Assembly: GCA_009917695.1 (NCBI GenBank)
Contig: JAACJG010000011.1
Coordinates: 28,997-92,996, forward strand
Direction of reading: 5' to 3'
Length of the DNA: 64,000 bases
Origin: Candidatus Rifleibacterium amylolyticum
GTDB lineage: Bacteria; Muiribacteriota; Ozemobacteria; Ozemobacterales; Ozemobacteraceae
The position numbers and the translations under genes were made by a program. The notes beneath the pieces are model-generated. The model saw only the letters and a list, made by a program, of their open reading frames with translations. It searched no databases and was not told the DNA's origin. Below are positions 58,878-64,000 of the stretch, piece after piece (position 1 is the first letter of the stretch; each line of letters starts with the position of its first letter).

Positions 58878-60281
58878 ATGACTGACAAACCACTCAGCAG
58901 TGACTGCAAAATCTTTGTAAACCGCACTCTTAACATGAATACGATCAAAATGATCGGATTTGACATGGATTATACACTGGCCACCTATAATGTGCCGGCA
59001 TTTGAGGCCAAAGCCTACGAGATTCTGACTGAAAAACTCATTCGTGAATACAATTATCCTGAAATTATCAGAACTTTTGTGTTCGATAACGATTTTATCA
59101 TTCGTGGTCTGGTTATAGATACCGAAACGGGTGATTTTCTCAAGGTCAACCGCTATGGTTTTGTTCGCATTGCCTCGCACGGCACGAGATTTTACAGTTT
59201 CGAAGAGCAGAAAGAAAAATATGGTCCGAATGGTATTGACCTGAGCGATTCGCGATATTACATTGTGCACACTCTTTTCTCGCAGGCTGAAGGCTGCATG
59301 TATGCACAGCTGGTAGATTACTACGATTCAAAAAGCGAAAAAGTTAATTATAAGCGGCTCTTTACCGAGGTGCGAAAATGCCTTAATGACGCGCATCAGG
59401 AAGAGGCACTCAAGGGTGATGTTGTAAAGAACCCCGAAAAATATCTGATCAAGGATCAAAGAATAGTCGATGCTTTGATCAAATTCAAAAAGTTCGGCAA
59501 AAAGCTGGCGCTGATAACCAATTCTGATTACGATTACAGTCGCCGGGTAATGGAATACTGTTTTGGCCCATTTCTCAAGACTCCATGGCAGAAACTGTTC
59601 GATCTTGTCATCGTTGCTGCCAATAAACCTGAATATTTTACTGCACGAAACCGCTATCAGAAGGTTGATCCTGAAACCGGCCTGTTGTCAAATTTTTACG
59701 GGCAGATCGAATGGAATGGCCTCTATCAGGGCGGAAATGCGGCGATTCTTGAAAAGCATCTGGCTTTAAAACCCTCTGAAATTCTCTACATCGGCGATCA
59801 TATTCTCGGCGATGTCGTTACCTTGAAAGAAACTATCGGATGGCGCACCGGTCTGGTGGTTCAGGAACTGGCAGAAGAAGTGCCCATTCTTGAGAAAACC
59901 CAGAAGCTGCATCAGCAGATCGCTGATAAAATGGCCGAAAAAGAGGCTCTTGAAGATGTTTCGCTCGAACTGCGTGAAGACATGTGGCTCAAAACCGGCA
60001 AACAGGATTCAGCCCGCAAAAAGTTCGATGAAATGAAAGGCAAACTGATAAAGCTCGATGATGAAATTCGCGATCTGATTTTTGCGACCCAGGAAGGATT
60101 CAACAAGAACTGGGGCGAAGTTATGCGTGCCGGCAACGAAATTTCGCGCTTTGCTACTCTTGTCGAGAGATACGCCTGCATTTATATGGCCGGGATTGCA
60201 AATCTCTACTATTATTCACCCTTCAAATATTATCGTTCGAAGCGGCGACTGCTGGCACATGACCCCGATCTTGATTATTGA
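58878..60281 (+). CDS. HAD-IG cytosolic 5'-nucleotidase (cN-II / PF05761-like), eukaryotic-type
   Basis: AAAGGTGA RBS before ATG 58878 (ORF track starts upstream at 58839); IFVNRTLNMNTIKMIGFDMDYTLATY matches the cN-II N-terminal DMDYTL HAD motif I; GDHILGDV motif. Confidence 0.8.
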   Translation: MTDKPLSSDCKIFVNRTLNMNTIKMIGFDMDYTLATYNVPAFEAKAYEILTEKLIREYNYPEIIRTFVFDNDFIIRGLVIDTETGDFLKVNRYGFVRIASHGTRFYSFEEQKEKYGPNGIDLSDSRYYIVHTLFSQAEGCMYAQLVDYYDSKSEKVNYKRLFTEVRKCLNDAHQEEALKGDVVKNPEKYLIKDQRIVDALIKFKKFGKKLALITNSDYDYSRRVMEYCFGPFLKTPWQKLFDLVIVAANKPEYFTARNRYQKVDPETGLLSNFYGQIEWNGLYQGGNAAILEKHLALKPSEILYIGDHILGDVVTLKETIGWRTGLVVQELAEEVPILEKTQKLHQQIADKMAEKEALEDVSLELREDMWLKTGKQDSARKKFDEMKGKLIKLDDEIRDLIFATQEGFNKNWGEVMRAGNEISRFATLVERYACIYMAGIANLYYYSPFKYYRSKRRLLAHDPDLDY

Positions 60282-60332
60282 TCCTGCTGATTGCGTTTCA
60301 GAGGAACATTGCGAAACAGGAATGAAATTGAT

Positions 60333-60611
60333 ATGAAAGAATTTACTGTTGGCGATATGATAAAAGTTCTTCAGAAACTTGATTCTGAGCTGCCCCTCTA
60401 TGATCACTATTACGATGATGAGATTGCCAGGGAAGTCTGGTTCAACGTAGCCAGGCCGCGGCCAAAGAAAAAGACTATTTATCTTGTCGGAACCCGCGAA
60501 AATGACCAGGTCACTCTAGCCTGGACCGATAACCGCTCAGAAGGTCAGTTGATCGATAAAAAGAAAATAGTAATGCTTTATCCGCCGGAAAGCGGCGTTA
60601 TCGAGTTTTGA
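60333..60611 (+). CDS. hypothetical small protein (92 aa)
   Basis: AGGAATGA RBS; no family. Confidence 0.4.
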   Translation: MKEFTVGDMIKVLQKLDSELPLYDHYYDDEIAREVWFNVARPRPKKKTIYLVGTRENDQVTLAWTDNRSEGQLIDKKKIVMLYPPESGVIEF

Positions 60612-60646
60612 CGACGGGCCGGGCCAGCTGTTTCCAGAACGGGAAC

Positions 60647-61300
60647 TCAGCTGTAACGGTCGTTTTTCCCGTCATCATCGTCGGCAATGTCGTCCTCGTA
60701 TTCTGAGTCGTAATCTTCAGATTCCGTGTAATCCGATGCTGAATCGCTATCTTCCTGCGCATCTTCTTCAGAATATTCGGTGCCTTCGAACTGAGCCGTT
60801 CTTTCAGACGTGTAAGCGGCTTCGAGATTTTTTTGTCTGACTTCGAAGGCTATACCTATCAGCGGAACGAGTGTGGCGATTGTTACTCCGATAATCCCCC
60901 AGAATGCGCCATATTTTGGCTGTAATGCATCGAGATAAACCTGAATTACCGATCTGAACCAGCCGTCAGGTTTGAGTTCCTGTGCCAGTTCAACCGCGCG
61001 ATTATCATAAATGACGATTATTTCGTGGGTCAGAAAAAAGGCGGCAAAGACACCGATAAAAAATGTTGTGAAGAAGTTTCTACGCAATGCCAGCACTATA
61101 CCGGCCATAGAGAAGAGCATAACCGGCAGTCCAACGCCTCCGGCCCGCCAGCTGCGCAAACAGATCGGCGTAAAATCGAGAAATGTCGAAAACACTACCA
61201 GAGCAAAGCCAGCCGCAATTATTAATCCGGGAATTGACAGGGCAAAACCTTCAGTGAATTGCCTTGAGCCCTCGTTATTATCCATTATGTTGTCCTGCAT
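60647..61300 (-). CDS. membrane protein with highly acidic C-terminal tail, hypothetical
   Basis: 4 hydrophobic helices; C-terminal EEDAQEDSDSASDYTESEDYDSEYEDDIADDDD. Confidence 0.5.
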   Translation of the reverse strand: MQDNIMDNNEGSRQFTEGFALSIPGLIIAAGFALVVFSTFLDFTPICLRSWRAGGVGLPVMLFSMAGIVLALRRNFFTTFFIGVFAAFFLTHEIIVIYDNRAVELAQELKPDGWFRSVIQVYLDALQPKYGAFWGIIGVTIATLVPLIGIAFEVRQKNLEAAYTSERTAQFEGTEYSEEDAQEDSDSASDYTESEDYDSEYEDDIADDDDGKNDRYS

Positions 61301-61332
61301 TTTTTCTCCGCGGCAGATTATGCCATTTCGTT

Positions 61333-61950
61333 TCAGGTGAGATCGCCAGGTTCAAGAAAACGACGCAGACAGCTGTTTTCAAGAGCTTTACCTGGCGCGC
61401 CCTTGACTCCCCCATGCTCGTAGCTGATATCCAATATCAGTATCGGTGTCTTGACCGGTGTGACGATTATAAAAAATTCTTCAGACTGCTTCTGTACAAG
61501 CCTGATCAGACACTGTTGTTCGAGCTGTCTGATTACGGCGTCGACAACTTCTTCGTCATAGCCTGTGCGCTCAGCCAGCTCAGGTCGATCGAGCTGAACA
61601 TGTCGATCACTGGGCTTTCCCAATTCAAAGTCGAGTTCAATCAGCTTTTTGAATATTGGCCAGGCTTCAGGTCCGATTTTGTCATTGAGTAATCTTGGCA
61701 ACCCTGAAAATTCGAGCCATTTGGGAAACCGGAAGCACATTTTTTTGGGGTTTTCTGAGCTGCCAGATGACTTATGGCTGGCAGATGGATTGAGATAAGG
61801 TTCAAGATCTGCTGCATTTACCCGCCAGTCACTGCCAACCTTGACGCCTGGCAACTTGCCATTGCGCAACCAGCGTCGTAGAACTTCGGTGTTCATGTTG
61901 AGAAGTGCTGAAACTTCTTTAAGATTCAGGAGTTTGCGGGTTGTCGACAT
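61333..61950 (-). CDS. excisionase/MerR-like HTH DNA-binding domain protein with C-terminal unknown domain
   Basis: N-terminus LLNLKEVSALLNMNTEVLRRWLRNGKLPGVKVGSDWRV is a typical excisionase-family HTH. Confidence 0.55.
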   Translation of the reverse strand: MSTTRKLLNLKEVSALLNMNTEVLRRWLRNGKLPGVKVGSDWRVNAADLEPYLNPSASHKSSGSSENPKKMCFRFPKWLEFSGLPRLLNDKIGPEAWPIFKKLIELDFELGKPSDRHVQLDRPELAERTGYDEEVVDAVIRQLEQQCLIRLVQKQSEEFFIIVTPVKTPILILDISYEHGGVKGAPGKALENSCLRRFLEPGDLT

Positions 61951-62131
61951 TGCTTTGTATATCCTTATTCTGGTGGATTATACAATACCATGCACGCAAA
62001 GTAGTAGCAAGTAAAATCAGAATTCTTATCATTGCCCACAGGCTTGGAGATAGCGGGCCTTTTAAGTAGATATTGGCATGAACTTAATTTATCGGGTATA
62101 TGTAAGATATGATTGCATTCGAGGCAAAAAG

Positions 62132-62764
62132 ATGATCACTGACTGGAAAAACGAGGATGCGCAGCACTTTGAAGCACATGCGATCGAAGCTCTTCAACCT
62201 TTGTACCAATGGTTCGTCAAAGACATTGAACAGATCACCGGAAATTCGGTTCGCGACAGAAAGATTCTTGATATAGGCTGCGGTCCGGGTTTTATGCTGA
62301 AGGCTCTCTCTGATGCCGGTGCAGTAATGGTTACAGGTGTAGATCTTTCGCTGGCAATGCTGCAGACTGCAGCAAAGTCTGGCAGAGCAGACAATGCCCT
62401 GTTGATTCAGGCAGACGTAACCAGGCTGCCATTAAAGGCAGCTCAGTTCGATTTTGTATTCAGTCGTGGTTCAATATTTTTCTGGCAGGAACTCGAACGA
62501 TCTTTGCGTCAGATCGCGACCTGCCTCAAACCCATGGGCACTGCTATTCTCGGCGGTGGTTATGGCCTCAGCAGCCCGCAGGAACTGGTTGATGCTGCCA
62601 GGCGTAATCACAGCGGCAACAGTGCCAGCGCTATTCCCAAAATCGATCTTGACCAGCTGCTTGCCTGTGCTCGTTCGCAAGGTGGCTCAGCTGAAGTAAA
62701 AGCCGCTCCGCGCCGCGGTTTCTGGCTGGTATGGCAGCCGAAACAGCCGTCTATTTTTGTTTAA
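62132..62764 (+). CDS. class I SAM-dependent methyltransferase
   Basis: ILDIGCGPGFMLKAL motif I, GVDLS motif; GAGG RBS before ATG 62132 (ORF track starts upstream at 62078). Confidence 0.7.
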   Translation: MITDWKNEDAQHFEAHAIEALQPLYQWFVKDIEQITGNSVRDRKILDIGCGPGFMLKALSDAGAVMVTGVDLSLAMLQTAAKSGRADNALLIQADVTRLPLKAAQFDFVFSRGSIFFWQELERSLRQIATCLKPMGTAILGGGYGLSSPQELVDAARRNHSGNSASAIPKIDLDQLLACARSQGGSAEVKAAPRRGFWLVWQPKQPSIFV

Positions 62765-63725
62765 CGCGGGTTCTGATAAAATCACGCGATACGTCAGGAA
62801 AATCTGAAAAGATCCCATCGACGCCAATCTGATTGAACAGCGTGGCGAGCAGTTGTTCGGCTGAAATTCCGGCTGGCAGCCCATCTACCCGAAATGTATA
62901 AGGATGAATCTTGAGTCCGTGCGCTTTGGCTTTGGCTGCCAGATCGCTGATAACCGGTCTGCCATCTTTGTCGATGCCGGTAATGAGTTGTTTGATCCAG
63001 GGGCCGATGCCAGTTGCATAAGCAGCGACTTCAGCCACGTCAAAGTCTTCTTCGGTAAGCTGAATAAGCTTCAGCTCACATTTGAGCTCATTTTTAATGC
63101 GTTTGAGTTCAGCAAAATCAAAACATTGAAGATAAACGTTATCTTCGGCCCTGGTATACCCGTAATCTGCCAGTATGCCGATAACCAGCGGGCTGATATC
63201 GTGCCCCTGCTCGCGATGCCAGGCGGGATCCTTGATCTCCGGATAGATACCGACGTTGCGGCCGGTCGATTTGTTGAGACCCTGAATCAGCTCAATCTCT
63301 TCTTCAAGCGTATGCAGCCTGAAGTCCGATTTCCATAAAGGAAAACGGCCAGCGAAAACTGCAGAGCCCGAGGCGATATCAAAACGCTCACAGGCCTTGA
63401 GTGTCCTGATTTCAGCAAGAGTAAAATCAAGAGCGTAAAAACGGCCATCTTCACGGGCGCGGCCGGGAAATTTTTTCGCAACGTCAGTGACAGTGTCGAG
63501 ATGTATGTCGTGAATTACCAGTGCCCTGTCGTCTTTGGTCAGAACCACATCCTGTTCGATAAAATCAGCTTCCATGCCGTATGCCAGGGCCTTGGCCGGC
63601 AGCGTGTGTTCTGGCAGATAGCCGCAGGCTCCGCGGTGGGCTATGTTGATCGGTAGATTATCGGCAAAAAGTGCCATACAGCCTCCTATGAGCATGCAGA
63701 TGGTCATTGCTACAAGTTTTTTCAT
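62751..63725 (-). CDS. glpQ: glycerophosphodiester phosphodiesterase (periplasmic GlpQ-like)
   Basis: signal peptide; NIAHRGACGYLPEHT and EADFIEQDVVLTKDDRALVIHD GDPD motifs; GAGGT RBS (ORF track start 63737). Confidence 0.85.
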   Translation of the reverse strand: MKKLVAMTICMLIGGCMALFADNLPINIAHRGACGYLPEHTLPAKALAYGMEADFIEQDVVLTKDDRALVIHDIHLDTVTDVAKKFPGRAREDGRFYALDFTLAEIRTLKACERFDIASGSAVFAGRFPLWKSDFRLHTLEEEIELIQGLNKSTGRNVGIYPEIKDPAWHREQGHDISPLVIGILADYGYTRAEDNVYLQCFDFAELKRIKNELKCELKLIQLTEEDFDVAEVAAYATGIGPWIKQLITGIDKDGRPVISDLAAKAKAHGLKIHPYTFRVDGLPAGISAEQLLATLFNQIGVDGIFSDFPDVSRDFIRTRVKQK

Positions 63726-63854
63726 ACAATACCTCATGATTTATGTTTTCATAATTTTATCATAAATCGGGTGGCAAGTAGAATTTGCTTTGCGGCGTAA
63801 CTAGGGGTAATATATACGCTGAGATAATACGACCCTACATAATATGGAGAACTT

Positions 63855-64000
63855 ATGACTCTGAAAAAGCTGAGCAGATTCGCGAAGATCAGGCTTAATG
63901 ACGAAGAGGAAGAAGAAGTAAAAGATGAAAAAGACGAGAAATCGTCTGATGTAAACGAAGTTATCGAGCAGAAGCTGCTGGAAAGCCGCCAGATTTTTCT
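63855..64000 (+). CDS. partial ORF (5' end only), acidic N-terminus; possible ClpP-like N-terminal region
   Basis: GGAGAAC RBS; ...VIEQKLLESRQIF resembles the ClpP N-terminal VIEQ...LLKERIIFL segment, but that is weak. Confidence 0.3.
   Translation, partial: MTLKKLSRFAKIRLNDEEEEEVKDEKDEKSSDVNEVIEQKLLESRQIF

Overview
This 64 kb window is bacterial chromosomal DNA at roughly 50-55% GC. It is densely coded on both strands, with many overlapping, operon-like gene junctions. I found no tRNA, rRNA or CRISPR arrays.

Recognisable content:
- A contiguous pyrimidine-biosynthesis operon, pyrC-pyrE-pyrF-pyrB-pyrI-pyrD-pyrK (about 4.4-10.2 kb), preceded by a promoter and a leader that contains an intrinsic terminator.
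- A ribosomal rplU-prp-rpmA cluster.
- A queuosine-salvage pair: the YhhQ transporter divergent from a tgt gene.
- A TonB-dependent receptor, periplasmic binding protein, histidine kinase and response regulator cluster.
- Several c-di-GMP components: two GGDEF proteins and a PilZ protein.
- Nucleotide-catabolism genes: a dihydropyrimidinase, a periplasmic 5'-nucleotidase, a eukaryotic-type cN-II 5'-nucleotidase and tandem amidohydrolases.
- A UvrD-like helicase, CutA, a SpoIID/LytB protein, GlpQ and a C25 (gingipain-like) peptidase.

Most unusual elements:
1. A full-length major vault protein (MVP) homolog of about 823 aa with its own promoter and terminator. This is the eukaryotic vault shell protein, which is rare in bacteria.
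2. A Tgt (queuine tRNA-ribosyltransferase) fused to a C-terminal MnmC2/DUF752-like methyltransferase domain, divergent from the queuosine-precursor transporter.
3. A protein that fuses a truncated ketosynthase-like domain lacking the active-site Cys to a PlsC/LPLAT acyltransferase domain, followed by a polytopic membrane protein.
4. A Prp (L27-processing protease) gene sitting between rplU and rpmA even though L27 here has no N-terminal propeptide.
5. A palindromic MITE/REP-like repeat family with two copies, plus several well-supported small ORFs flanked by RBS and terminator signals.

The taxonomic signal is mixed. A TonB-dependent receptor and lipoproteins point to a diderm, while Prp is Firmicute-like. 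I could not assign a phylum.
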